A stretch of DNA of 64,000 bases, from NCBI GenBank assembly GCA_038133845.1, contig JAYPUA010000003.1:58444-122443 (forward strand). The letters run 5' to 3'. The stretch comes from Deltaproteobacteria bacterium. GTDB lineage: Bacteria; SAR324; NAC60-12. A program made the position numbers and the translations under genes. The notes beneath the pieces are model-generated. The model saw only the letters and a list, made by a program, of their open reading frames with translations. It ran no database searches and was not told the DNA's origin. Of this stretch, positions 41,317-50,969 are shown piece by piece (the first letter of the stretch is position 1; the number at the start of each line of letters is the position of its first letter).

Positions 41317-42157
41317 GAGGGACCTCCTCCTGCAGATCCTGCTGCACCTCCGGGGGCAACTCCTCGTCGTCATCCTCGCCCAGGTAGGCCCGGATCACTG
41401 CCGGATCGTTGCGGACCTCTTCCGGGGTGCCGTCCGAGATCTTCCGTCCGTAGTCGAGCACAATGATGTGATCGGAGATCTCCATCACCACACTCATGTC
41501 GTGCTCAATGAGGAGGATCCCGATGTGGTGCTGATCCCGGATGAACTTCAGGAGCGCATTCAGCTCTGCAGACTCTCGGGGGTTCATGCCGGCCGCAGGC
41601 TCATCGAGGCAAAGCAGTTTGGGCTCGGTGCACATGGCCCGGGCGATCTCCAGGCGGCGTTGTGCCCCGTAGGGCAGGTCGCTGGCATTGTCGTTGGCAC
41701 GATCCAGCAGGTCGGCACGATCCAGCCAGTAGCGCGCCATTTCGATGGCCTGCTCTTCGGCATCACGGTACGATGCCAGCCCAAGCAACCCCTTGATCGT
41801 CCACCCGGAGGCGCGCATGAGTTTGTTGTGCTGTGCGACAATCAGGTTTTCCAAAACCGACATTGCCGGGAAAAGACGAATGTTCTGGAAGGTCCGGGCG
41901 ACCTTGGCCTTCTGTGCAGCCAGATAGTCGTCGAGACGCTCCAAGCGGTGCTCGTGTGTCCCGTCATGCAGCAGAAGTTCTCCAACGGTGGGCTTGTAGA
42001 ACCCGGTCAAGCAGTTGAAGACGGTCGTTTTTCCCGCTCCATTGGGTCCGATGATTGCGGTGATCTCTCGGTTGCGCGCAAAGAACGAGACGTCGTCAAT
42101 CGCCGTCAACCCCCCAAAACGCATGGTCAGGTGATTGACCGTGAGCAGTTCCGTCAT
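41309..42157 (-). CDS. livG: Branched-chain amino acid ABC transporter ATP-binding protein LivG
   Basis: GPNGAGKTT plus the LivG-type C-terminal extension. Confidence 0.9.
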   Translation of the reverse strand: MTELLTVNHLTMRFGGLTAIDDVSFFARNREITAIIGPNGAGKTTVFNCLTGFYKPTVGELLLHDGTHEHRLERLDDYLAAQKAKVARTFQNIRLFPAMSVLENLIVAQHNKLMRASGWTIKGLLGLASYRDAEEQAIEMARYWLDRADLLDRANDNASDLPYGAQRRLEIARAMCTEPKLLCLDEPAAGMNPRESAELNALLKFIRDQHHIGILLIEHDMSVVMEISDHIIVLDYGRKISDGTPEEVRNDPAVIRAYLGEDDDEELPPEVQQDLQEEVPHG

Positions 42158-43425
42158 GGCCCCCCTCCGAGTTTCAGGCGGATGGTCGGCTCCCGGTGCG
42201 CCAGCAGCCCTCGAGGCTTCCAGACCATGATGGCCACCATCAGGGCGCCAAAGGCCAGCATACGGAACTCCTCCAACTCCCGGAACAACTCCGTCCCGCC
42301 GATCAGCACAACCGAGGCCAGGACGACTCCCACCTGGCTGCCCATGCCTCCCAGGACCACGATTGCCAGAATGACTGCCGATTCAATGAAGGTGAAGCTC
42401 TCCGGGCTGATGAAGCCCTGCCGTGTCGCGAAGAACGAACCGGCAAAGCCTCCGAACATTGCCCCGATGGCGAAGGCGGTGAGCTTCGTGTTCGTCGGGT
42501 TGATGCCCAGAGAGCGGCAGGCAATCTCGTCTTCTCGCAACGCCTCCCATGCTCGACCTACCGGCAACCGCCGGAGTCGCAGGGTGACGAAGTTGGTCAG
42601 CAGCGCCAGCGCCAGGATGAGGTAGTAGAGGAAGATGATCCGGTGGATCGAGCTGTACTCAAGCCCAAAGAAGGCCGCAAAGGTCTCGTCTCCGCTGCGC
42701 TTGAAGTCCAGTCCGAAGAAACTCGGACGCGGGACCCCGGAGAGACCGTCAGGGCCACCAGTGAAGTCATACCAGTTGAGCAGCACGACCCGGATGATCT
42801 CGCCAAATCCGAGGGTGACGATGGCCAGGTAGTCTCCACGCAGGCGCAGGACCGGGAATCCCAGGAGCACTCCGAACAGCGCGGCAAACACTCCGGCCAG
42901 CGGCAGGCAAAGCCAGAAGGAAAAATCGAAATACTCGGCGAGCAGCGCGTAGGAGTACGCTCCGATTGCGTAGAAGGCAACATACCCCAGATCAAGCAAC
43001 CCGGCCAGTCCCACCACAATGTTCAGCCCCCAGCCCAGCATGATGTAGGTGATCACCAGAATGGCCACATCCATGACATAGCGTGAGGCGAAAGGCATGG
43101 TCGGAAGAATGAGGGCAAAAAGGACCCCAACTGGAGCAATGAATCGGAGCAGGCTCTGGAGCTTCACCACAATGGAGGAGGTGTCCGAGGGCGAGGAAGA
43201 CCGAGAGGGGTTGGACCACCAGAAATTCAGGAGCACTCGCCCCACAAAGACAATCCCGACAGCCCAGGCCACGGCGCCCCAGCGTGGTTCAACAGCCAGT
43301 CCCTCGCTGGAGGTTACCGTTGGGAGACCGATGATTGGGACGGCCAGAGCGAGGGCGACCAGCGCGGTCAGCAGGCTGTCTCGCAGCCAGCCTCCGGAGA
43401 GGGAGGGGGTGGTGTTCTCTGCCAT
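42154..43425 (-). CDS. livM: Branched-chain amino acid ABC transporter permease LivM
   Basis: 423 aa, multi-TM, LivM family. Confidence 0.9.
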   Translation of the reverse strand: MAENTTPSLSGGWLRDSLLTALVALALAVPIIGLPTVTSSEGLAVEPRWGAVAWAVGIVFVGRVLLNFWWSNPSRSSSPSDTSSIVVKLQSLLRFIAPVGVLFALILPTMPFASRYVMDVAILVITYIMLGWGLNIVVGLAGLLDLGYVAFYAIGAYSYALLAEYFDFSFWLCLPLAGVFAALFGVLLGFPVLRLRGDYLAIVTLGFGEIIRVVLLNWYDFTGGPDGLSGVPRPSFFGLDFKRSGDETFAAFFGLEYSSIHRIIFLYYLILALALLTNFVTLRLRRLPVGRAWEALREDEIACRSLGINPTNTKLTAFAIGAMFGGFAGSFFATRQGFISPESFTFIESAVILAIVVLGGMGSQVGVVLASVVLIGGTELFRELEEFRMLAFGALMVAIMVWKPRGLLAHREPTIRLKLGGGP

Positions 43426-44339
43426 CAGACCTTCTCCACTTCAGGTTGCCCCAGCAGTCCGGTAGGCCTGAAGATCAGGACCAGCACCAGAATGGAGAAC
43501 GCCGCGACGTCCTTGTACTCGATCGTAAAATACGCCGACCAGAAGGTCTCAATCAGACCAATCAGCAGCCCGCCCAGCATCGCTCCAGGAAGGGACCCGA
43601 TGCCTCCAAGCACCGCAGCCGTGAAGGCCTTGACTCCGGCGAGGAAGCCAATGAAGAAGTCAATGACTCCATAATACAGCAGGAACATCAACCCAGCTAC
43701 GGAGGCGAGTGCCGCCCCAATCACAAAGGTCAGGGAGATGGTGCGGTCCACGTTGATGCCCACCAGGGCTGCCATGGTGCGATCTTGCTCACATGCCCGC
43801 TGCTCACGCCCCAGCGCGGTTTTGGAAATCAGGAGCGAGAATCCGGCCATCAGCACCAGCGTGACCAGGACGATGATGATCTGCAGGTAGCTGAGCGAAA
43901 CCGTAAAGTCCCCGCGGTCCATCAGCGTGAACCCGCCGCTGAACACCGGAGGGAGCGGCTTGACTCGGGCTCCTTGAGCAATCTGCACGAAGTTCTGCAG
44001 GAACAGGGACATCCCGATGGCCGAAATCAGTGGAGCCAGCCGGAACGATCCGCGCAGAGGACGGTAGGCGATGCGCTCCACAGCCCACCCATAGGCCGCC
44101 GTAAGCAGCATGGAGAACAGCAACACCAGCAAGAGCACCAGAGGCAGCCAGGTGATGCCCGCTGCAAAGAGCATCAGCAACCCGATCAACGCGATGAAGG
44201 AGCCAATCATGAAGATGTCTCCGTGGGCGAAGTTGATCATGCCAATGATTCCGTACACCATGGTGTAGCCAATGGCAATCAGACCATAGATCGCGCCCAG
44301 GGTGACCCCATTGATGAGCTGCTGAAGAAAATATTCCAT
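43425..44339 (-). CDS. livH: Branched-chain amino acid ABC transporter permease LivH
   Basis: 304 aa, LivH family. Confidence 0.9.
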   Translation of the reverse strand: MEYFLQQLINGVTLGAIYGLIAIGYTMVYGIIGMINFAHGDIFMIGSFIALIGLLMLFAAGITWLPLVLLLVLLFSMLLTAAYGWAVERIAYRPLRGSFRLAPLISAIGMSLFLQNFVQIAQGARVKPLPPVFSGGFTLMDRGDFTVSLSYLQIIIVLVTLVLMAGFSLLISKTALGREQRACEQDRTMAALVGINVDRTISLTFVIGAALASVAGLMFLLYYGVIDFFIGFLAGVKAFTAAVLGGIGSLPGAMLGGLLIGLIETFWSAYFTIEYKDVAAFSILVLVLIFRPTGLLGQPEVEKV

Positions 44340-44506
44340 ATAATGGATCTGGGGTGGAGTGAGTCATTTGAACAGACGGGTTCAAGTTTTTTATTAGAGG
44401 TTCGCAAGATTGTCAATCTGCAATTCCGTTTTCTTCATGGCGATAAATCCCTCCTCACCCTGACATCTCACCCAGGTTTCTCCCTTCAGAATCATTTCCG
44501 CGGTGG

Positions 44507-44516
44507 TTTTTTTTTT
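44507..44516. repeat. Homopolymeric T10 tract in the divergent livH / SBP intergenic region
   Basis: ccgcggtgg-TTTTTTTTTT-cacaaacc; unusual in a ~62% GC genome. Confidence 0.9.
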
Positions 44517-44629
44517 CACAAACCATTAGGCTAGCGAAGTCTTTTCTGCTGCAGGGGGAAGCTCCGGGGAGATCCTCGACTCATCAAGCCTCCGCTTGCA
44601 CCACAAACCACCTAGACAAAGAAGGTCTC

Positions 44630-45829
44630 ATGAAAAAAAGCATGCTCACACATACCTTCGGGCTCGCCGTTGCTGCATCCTTGCTGTGGACGGCTCCCGT
44701 CACCGCACAGACCAAGGTTGGAATTCTGCTCGGATTCACCGGACCGATTGAGTCCTTGACCCCGGAGATGGCCAACTCTGCGGAGTTGGCCATGCGTGAG
44801 GCGTCCGATTCGGGGGCGTTTCTCGGAGGGCAGAAGCTTGAGGCCGTTCGAGCCGACTCGACCTGCGTAGACGCAGCAGCAGCAACCGCAGCAGCCGAGC
44901 GTCTGGTCACCTCGGAAAAGGTCGTCGGCATCATGGGAGCCGACTGTTCCGGAGTAACGATTGCCGTGGTCAACAACGTCGGAGTTCCAAATGGAGTGAC
45001 CATGATCTCCCCGTCCGCGACCTCCCCGGCGCTCAGCACCATCGATGACAAGGGGTACTTCTTCCGGACCGCCCCCTCCGATGCGCGACAGGGGCAGGTT
45101 CTGGCCCAAGTCGCTTACGAGCGTGGCGTGCGCAATGTAGCGATCACCTACACGAACAACGACTACGGCAAGGGGCTTTCCAGCTCCTTCGGGGCAGCAT
45201 TCCAAGCTCTTGGAGGGAGGATCGCCGCTGAGGTTCCTCATGAGGACGGCAAGGCCGATTACTCTGCAGAGGTCGCCTCGCTGGATGCTGCCGGAGCAGA
45301 CATTCTCGCCGTGTTCGGCTACGTAGACCAAGGCGGCATCCGGATGATGCAGGCGTCTCTGGATGCCGGCGCATTCGAGACCTTCATCTTCGCGGATGGA
45401 ATGGTGGGCGACTCGCTGCTCGCCAACATTGACGGAGACCTCTCCGGTTCTTTTGGAACAGCACCAGGTTCCGAGTCTGCCAGTGCCAAAGGCTTCATCA
45501 GCCTTGCTCAATCCAAAGGTCTGGACCCGAACGGTCCGTTCCGTGGCGAGTCCTACGACGCCGCTGCGCTGATGATCCTCGCCATGCAGGCGGCTGGCTC
45601 AACCGATCGCGCCGCGCTGGCCAGCAAGGTCATGAGCGTGGCCAACGCTCCGGGAGAGAAGATCCAGGTGGGCGAGTTGGCCAAGGGGCTGAAGGCTTTG
45701 GCTTCGGGGCGAGACATCGACTATGTTGGGGCCACCGATGTGGAGTTCACCAGCGCTGGAGAAGCCGCAGGCTCCTACAAGGAGCTGGAAATCGGCAACG
45801 GCGCTTTCAACACCGTCCGGATCCGCTAA
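44630..45829 (+). CDS. Second Leu/Ile/Val (amide)-type ABC transporter substrate-binding protein
   Basis: Signal peptide followed by a type-I PBP fold of the LivJ family. Confidence 0.85.
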   Translation: MKKSMLTHTFGLAVAASLLWTAPVTAQTKVGILLGFTGPIESLTPEMANSAELAMREASDSGAFLGGQKLEAVRADSTCVDAAAATAAAERLVTSEKVVGIMGADCSGVTIAVVNNVGVPNGVTMISPSATSPALSTIDDKGYFFRTAPSDARQGQVLAQVAYERGVRNVAITYTNNDYGKGLSSSFGAAFQALGGRIAAEVPHEDGKADYSAEVASLDAAGADILAVFGYVDQGGIRMMQASLDAGAFETFIFADGMVGDSLLANIDGDLSGSFGTAPGSESASAKGFISLAQSKGLDPNGPFRGESYDAAALMILAMQAAGSTDRAALASKVMSVANAPGEKIQVGELAKGLKALASGRDIDYVGATDVEFTSAGEAAGSYKELEIGNGAFNTVRIR

Positions 45830-45845
45830 TCCCTCTGAAAATCAG

Positions 45846-45886
45846 GCAAAGCCTGTCCGGGCAACCCGCCTTGGGACAGGCTTTGC
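45846..45886 (+). terminator. Hairpin GCAAAGCCTGTCC-(15 nt)-GGACAGGCTTTGC directly after the stop of the second binding-protein gene
   Basis: 13-bp perfect stem with a weak U-tract. Confidence 0.45.
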
Positions 45887-46086
45887 TCACCTCAGTTTCG
45901 CTTGGAACCCTTCTTGCTAGCAAGGGTATAGGGCATAGTTGCCCCCAAGGATTTAGGGCTTTTCAGGTGTCCACATTTATGATATTCCTGTCCCACTAGA
46001 ACAATGGAAACATGGATGTTGCAAATTGGACCAGAGAGTTTCTGTTAATCGTACCTTTCAATCATTATCCGCTGGATTGAAGAATT

Positions 46087-47694
46087 ATGGCTGACCAGGC
46101 CAACATCCTCCAAGACGTCAGGCTGCAGTTTCAGGACTTTTTCGGGTCCCTCAGTCTGGGCAAGCGCATCACCATCCTTGGAGCGTTGGGCATCATCCTG
46201 ATCGGCATGGTCGGTCTGATCATTGTCGCCAATCGCCCCACTTGGGCTCCGCTGTATTCCGAACTGGATCCAGCCGATGCCGCCAAGATCGTCAACAAAC
46301 TTCAGGAAAACCAGATCCCCTACCTCTTGGCTCCCGGGGGGGGGACGGTCATGGTCGACCCGCAGATGGTTGATCAGGCTCGACTGACGCTTGCTCGAGA
46401 AAAAGTTGTCCCAGGCAGTGGCGTGGGCTTCATGGATCTGTTTGCGACTCCCAGCTTGGGAGAGACGGAATTTCAGCAACAGGTGAAATTCCGTGTCGCT
46501 CAGGAAGGAGAGCTGGCCCGGTTGATTGGGCAGTTGGACGCCGTCCGGAACGCCAAGGTCTCCTTGGCCATCCCTCAGAAAAGCCTCTTCTCCGAAGCTC
46601 AAGAAAAGCCGACCGCTGCGGTTGCCTTGAGCATCAACAACAACATCACCCGCGAACAGGTAGAGACCATTGTGCATTTGGTCGCCGGTGCGGTAGAAGG
46701 CATGAGCATCACCGATGTCCGGGTCTCGGATCAGAGCGGGAAACTGCTCAGCCGTGGCGTCTCCAACGACAGCATGGGGGGGAACATTGGGGACAACTAC
46801 ATCTACCAGCGCCGCTACGAGCAGGAAGTGGAGAGCAAGATCCGCAACCAGCTGGAGGAGATCGTCGGAGATGGTCGGGTCAAGGTGATCGTCTCAGCAA
46901 CCATGCGTTTTGACCGAGAAACCATCAAAGAGCAACTGATCGACCCGGATCAGACCAGTGTGGTCAGCGAACAACTGGTCGATGAGGCCTCCACAGGATC
47001 CCGCTCGATCCCCGTCGGTCCCTCCGGTGTGACGACCAACCTTCCGGAAGCCACTGGGCGTGAAGCCGCAACCGTCTCCGAATTCACCAAGAAGAACTCC
47101 ACACGAAATTTTGAGACCAGCCGCCGGGAAGTCCTCAAGGAGGCGGCGATTGGCGAAGTGTTGCGTCTGAGCGTTTCCGTCCTGCTGGACAACAAGCGTC
47201 CGCAGATTCTTGACGATAGCGGGAACTTCATCGGTCGAGACAACATCCGTTGGACCGAAGCCGAGAAGGAAGTCATCGTCGGGCTGGTCAAGGCCGCCAT
47301 CGGCTACAATGAAGGTCGGGGCGACGAGGTCTTCGTGGGCAACATGCCCTTCGGAAAAGCGGTTGAGGAAGACAAGGCTGCAGAGATCGAACGGACTCGG
47401 GTTCGCAACCAGTTCATCCTCGATATCGTCCGCTACGTGGCTCTCGGCATCGCCGTGGTGGCCCTCATCACCCTGGTCATTCGCCCGATGGTTCAACGCC
47501 TCAGCGCCAAGCCTGCCGACCTGGACATGCTCATGGGCCTGCCTGCGACCATTGGCGAACTCGAGGGCGAGGAACTCGAGATCCCGACCGAGCGCGAATC
47601 CGGAATTCCTCCACGCGACAAGATCATCGAGATCGCCAAGCAAGACGCACTCAAGACCGCATCCCTGGTGCGCTCTTGGCTGCGTGAGAAGTAA
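46087..47694 (+). CDS. fliF: Flagellar M-ring protein FliF
   Basis: 535 aa with N- and C-terminal TM helices and a large periplasmic RBM region. The C-terminal cytoplasmic tail is present. Confidence 0.9.
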   Translation: MADQANILQDVRLQFQDFFGSLSLGKRITILGALGIILIGMVGLIIVANRPTWAPLYSELDPADAAKIVNKLQENQIPYLLAPGGGTVMVDPQMVDQARLTLAREKVVPGSGVGFMDLFATPSLGETEFQQQVKFRVAQEGELARLIGQLDAVRNAKVSLAIPQKSLFSEAQEKPTAAVALSINNNITREQVETIVHLVAGAVEGMSITDVRVSDQSGKLLSRGVSNDSMGGNIGDNYIYQRRYEQEVESKIRNQLEEIVGDGRVKVIVSATMRFDRETIKEQLIDPDQTSVVSEQLVDEASTGSRSIPVGPSGVTTNLPEATGREAATVSEFTKKNSTRNFETSRREVLKEAAIGEVLRLSVSVLLDNKRPQILDDSGNFIGRDNIRWTEAEKEVIVGLVKAAIGYNEGRGDEVFVGNMPFGKAVEEDKAAEIERTRVRNQFILDIVRYVALGIAVVALITLVIRPMVQRLSAKPADLDMLMGLPATIGELEGEELEIPTERESGIPPRDKIIEIAKQDALKTASLVRSWLREK

Positions 47695-47741
47695 CCAGGT
47701 CGACACCGTCGGCCAAGGCCTGTTCCTCGTGACCCCAGCCT

Positions 47742-48767
47742 TTGCGCCTTCCCATGCCTGAAGATTCTGAGTTTCAATCCTTTGACCTGAAAGACTTCAG
47801 CCACCTCAGCGAACAGCCCGAGGAGGAACGTCCGGAGGTGACCCCAGGAGTGGATGCCGAGGGATTCAGCCCGATTGACCTCTCCGGACGACGCCTGACA
47901 GAAGCCGAACTGGAACCTCAGGAGGACTCCCTCTCCGAGGAGGAGAAGGTTGCCTTTGCCCAGAATTTTCACAACGACAGCTTCATCCGGGAAGACAGCC
48001 TCCTCACCAGCGCGGAAGCCTATGCCTCGACGGTGCGGGAGGGGGCCGACCTGTATCGTCAGCAACTGCTGTCCGGTGCAGAGACGGAGCGCAATGAAGC
48101 CCGACGTCTGAGGCAAGAGGCAGACCAGATCCGGATTCAAGCGGAGGAGCAGCGGGCCCGGATGATTGAAGAGGCCGAGCAATCAGTCAACAGCATCCGG
48201 GAGAGTGCACGACAACAGGGCTACGAGGAAGGCTACGCAAGCGGATTGCAGCAACGCTACGAAGAGGCTGCACCCGTGGCACAGAGAGCGGAGGAGGTCC
48301 TGCAGCAGCTCATGGGGTTGCGCCAACTGGTTCGCTTTCAATCGGAGCAGGAGTTGGTTCAGCTTGCAGTGGTGATCGCCCGGAAGTTGGTCATCGAAGA
48401 GCTAAGCGTCAACTCTCAGGTCATTCAAAATATTGTCCAGGCTGGGCTGAAGGAGATCGAGGGGAAAGGCAAGATCACCGCGATCCTCCACCCCGAAGAT
48501 TACGATTTTTTAGCGAACAGTGGAGTCAATTTTGATCCTTACCTCGGCGAGGAGCAGTCGCTGTCCGTTCGCTCTTCCATGGATGTAGAACCCGGCTCCA
48601 TATCCATCGAGTCGGATGAAGAGGCTGTCAACTTCTCGTTCCAGCAAAAGTTTGAGGAGTTGGAGGAGTTGCTCAGCCAAAAGCTGGTGGAGCGCTACGC
48701 CCGGATGAATGAGATCGACATGGATTCCGAAGAGTTTCAGACTCCTGCAAAAGAAGAGATGTCATGA
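47742..48767 (+). CDS. fliH: Flagellar assembly protein FliH (regulator of the FliI ATPase)
   Basis: Charged coiled-coil middle region, and C-terminal ELVQLAVVIARKLV...ILHPEDY typical of FliH/SctL. Confidence 0.7.
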   Translation: MRLPMPEDSEFQSFDLKDFSHLSEQPEEERPEVTPGVDAEGFSPIDLSGRRLTEAELEPQEDSLSEEEKVAFAQNFHNDSFIREDSLLTSAEAYASTVREGADLYRQQLLSGAETERNEARRLRQEADQIRIQAEEQRARMIEEAEQSVNSIRESARQQGYEEGYASGLQQRYEEAAPVAQRAEEVLQQLMGLRQLVRFQSEQELVQLAVVIARKLVIEELSVNSQVIQNIVQAGLKEIEGKGKITAILHPEDYDFLANSGVNFDPYLGEEQSLSVRSSMDVEPGSISIESDEEAVNFSFQQKFEELEELLSQKLVERYARMNEIDMDSEEFQTPAKEEMS

Positions 48768-50113
48768 GCCTGCCACATCCAGAGGCTCACTCGAACTCCG
48801 CGCTCCAGCCTTACCTCCAGACCATTCTCCACCAGCCCAGCATCCGCAGGGAGGGCCGCGTCACGCAGGTGATCGGTCACATGATTGAGGCCACCAATCC
48901 CGGATGTTCAATCGGTTCGCTCTGCCGGATTCTGAATCCACGAGATCACTCTCATGTGCCTGCAGAGGTGGTCGGCTTGCGGAACGAGAAGATCCTCGTG
49001 ATGCCCTTGAGCCATGCCTACGGGATCGGGCCACACTGCCGGATTATTGCAGAGGATCGTCCCGCAATGGTTCCCGTGGGCGACAGCCTGCTGGGGCGAG
49101 TCTTCGACCCCTTGATGCGCCCCATCGACGACCTGGGGGATTTGGCGACCAACCAGGAGATTCCGCTCCATCCGGAAGTGATCAATCCGTTGAAGCGCGA
49201 GCGCATCAAGGAGCCTCTGGATGTCGGAGTTCGCTCCATCAACGGCACCCTGACCTGTGGACGGGGACAGCGTGTGGGGATCATGGCGGGCTCGGGAGTG
49301 GGGAAATCGGTGCTCCTGGGCATGATGGCCCGCTACACGGATGCCGACGTGAACGTGATCTCGCTGATTGGCGAGCGGGGAAAGGAGGTCCGAGAGTTTA
49401 TTGAGGACAACCTGGGAGAAGAGGGGCTGCGACGCTCAGTAGTGGTGGTCGCGACCTCGGATCAGCCTCCACTGCTCCGGATGCGAGGTGCCTACGTCGC
49501 GACGGCCATCGCGGAGTACTTCCGAAATCAAGGCCTGGATGTGCTGCTCTCCATGGACTCGCTGACTCGATTTGCCATGGCCCAACGAGAGATCGGCCTT
49601 GCTGCCGGGGAACCTCCCACGACCAAAGGCTATCCGCCATCGGTGTTTGCCATGCTTCCCCTGCTCTTGGAGCGGGCTGGAACCCATCAGGGTGAAGGCT
49701 CCATCACCGGGTTCTACACCGTGCTGGTCGAAGGGGACGACACCAACGACCCGATCGGGGATGCCGTGCGCTCGATTGTTGATGGACACATCGTCCTCAG
49801 TCGAGACCTCGCCTCCAAAGGCGTCTACCCGGCTATTGACGTCCTGCTCTCCTCCAGCCGGGTGATGGTGGACGTCGTGCCCAAGCACTTCCGCCAACTC
49901 TCACAGATCTTCCGCAGAACTTTGGCCACCTACAGCGAAGCTGAAGACCTGATCAACATTGGCGCCTACGTTCAGGGGAGCAACCCAGAGATCGATTACT
50001 CCCTCTCCAAACACTCCGCGATCATGGAGTTCCTCACTCAGGACATGGAAGACCACACCTCCCTGACCGAGTGCGAAGCTCGCATGCAGCACATGTTCGG
50101 CGACCGGATGTGA
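48764..50113 (+). CDS. fliI: Flagellum-specific ATP synthase FliI
   Basis: Walker A GSGVGKSVLLGMM and an F1/T3SS ATPase fold. Start overlaps the fliH stop. Confidence 0.9.
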   Translation: MSLPHPEAHSNSALQPYLQTILHQPSIRREGRVTQVIGHMIEATNPGCSIGSLCRILNPRDHSHVPAEVVGLRNEKILVMPLSHAYGIGPHCRIIAEDRPAMVPVGDSLLGRVFDPLMRPIDDLGDLATNQEIPLHPEVINPLKRERIKEPLDVGVRSINGTLTCGRGQRVGIMAGSGVGKSVLLGMMARYTDADVNVISLIGERGKEVREFIEDNLGEEGLRRSVVVVATSDQPPLLRMRGAYVATAIAEYFRNQGLDVLLSMDSLTRFAMAQREIGLAAGEPPTTKGYPPSVFAMLPLLLERAGTHQGEGSITGFYTVLVEGDDTNDPIGDAVRSIVDGHIVLSRDLASKGVYPAIDVLLSSSRVMVDVVPKHFRQLSQIFRRTLATYSEAEDLINIGAYVQGSNPEIDYSLSKHSAIMEFLTQDMEDHTSLTECEARMQHMFGDRM

Positions 50114-50134
50114 TTTTTTACCTGCGAAACAGTC

Positions 50135-50785
50135 TTATTGCCCCCCTCCTGAAGGGAACCGGTAGCCGAAGCCGAGGTATCCTACACTGAACTTGGCGTC
50201 ATACTCCTTGACGTCCGTGGTGTCTGAAGTATTGGTCGCTTTCAGCGCAATGTCCCAAGTTCTCTGCCCCAGCAGAAGCTCCCAGTTTTCTCCCAGAGCA
50301 AAGCCAATATTCACAAAGTAGGAATTACTCCTCTTCGTGGTGGTATCATACAGTCCGGAGTACTCGACGCCGTCTTCCTTCAGGCTGGTAAGGGTCGCGC
50401 TTCCGACAATCCCGACTCCCAACGTCAGGTTGATGTCCTCCCCCAGCGTGTAGGAGAGGTCGAGTGTACTTCCCCCAATGGCTGTCTCGTCCAGATTGGA
50501 TTCAAGTACGGCCTCGTTGCTGTACGTCACCGAACCCGTCGCAAAGCCAATCCCCAAGCCATTGTCAAAGACATAGTACAGGTCAAGCCCAGAAGCGGAC
50601 ACGGTGTTGGTGAGGCTGCTGGTGAAGTCGGTTTTGGTTCCGTTATCTGTCCGGTTGTACTCGGCCACTGTTCCGGACAAGCCAAACGAGAAGCGAATCC
50701 TTGAGTTTTCCACTGCAAAGGTTGTCCCGGCGAACATCAGCAGCAGGCTGAGGGTCGCTAGAAACCGAAGCCATTTGGGATTCAT
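50135..50785 (-). CDS. Outer-membrane beta-barrel protein (OmpW/OmpA-like small porin family)
   Basis: Signal peptide, alternating amphipathic strands, and C-terminal GFGYRF. Confidence 0.6.
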   Translation of the reverse strand: MNPKWLRFLATLSLLLMFAGTTFAVENSRIRFSFGLSGTVAEYNRTDNGTKTDFTSSLTNTVSASGLDLYYVFDNGLGIGFATGSVTYSNEAVLESNLDETAIGGSTLDLSYTLGEDINLTLGVGIVGSATLTSLKEDGVEYSGLYDTTTKRSNSYFVNIGFALGENWELLLGQRTWDIALKATNTSDTTDVKEYDAKFSVGYLGFGYRFPSGGGQ

Positions 50786-50969
50786 GAGGTCTCCTTGATT
50801 GAAGGATGAATGAGCCTGAAAGGATCAGGCATTGCCACGAGCCTGAAGCTCAAAAGTGCATCCATGCTCTTCTCTCATCGGCATTTGCGACGAAAAACTT
50901 GAGCGAAATCGAGAGGAGTTGGGAAGTTTCCGGCCCGTTGGTGGCGAGCCGGAGAGGAGTCGGTGGAGC

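Noticed and set aside
45960-46086. Sigma54 (-24 GG / -12 GC) promoter upstream of fliF; similarly upstream of 12121
   Set aside because: The candidate TGGA...TTGCA and TGGC...GCA elements have the wrong GG-to-GC spacing by 1 nt or more.
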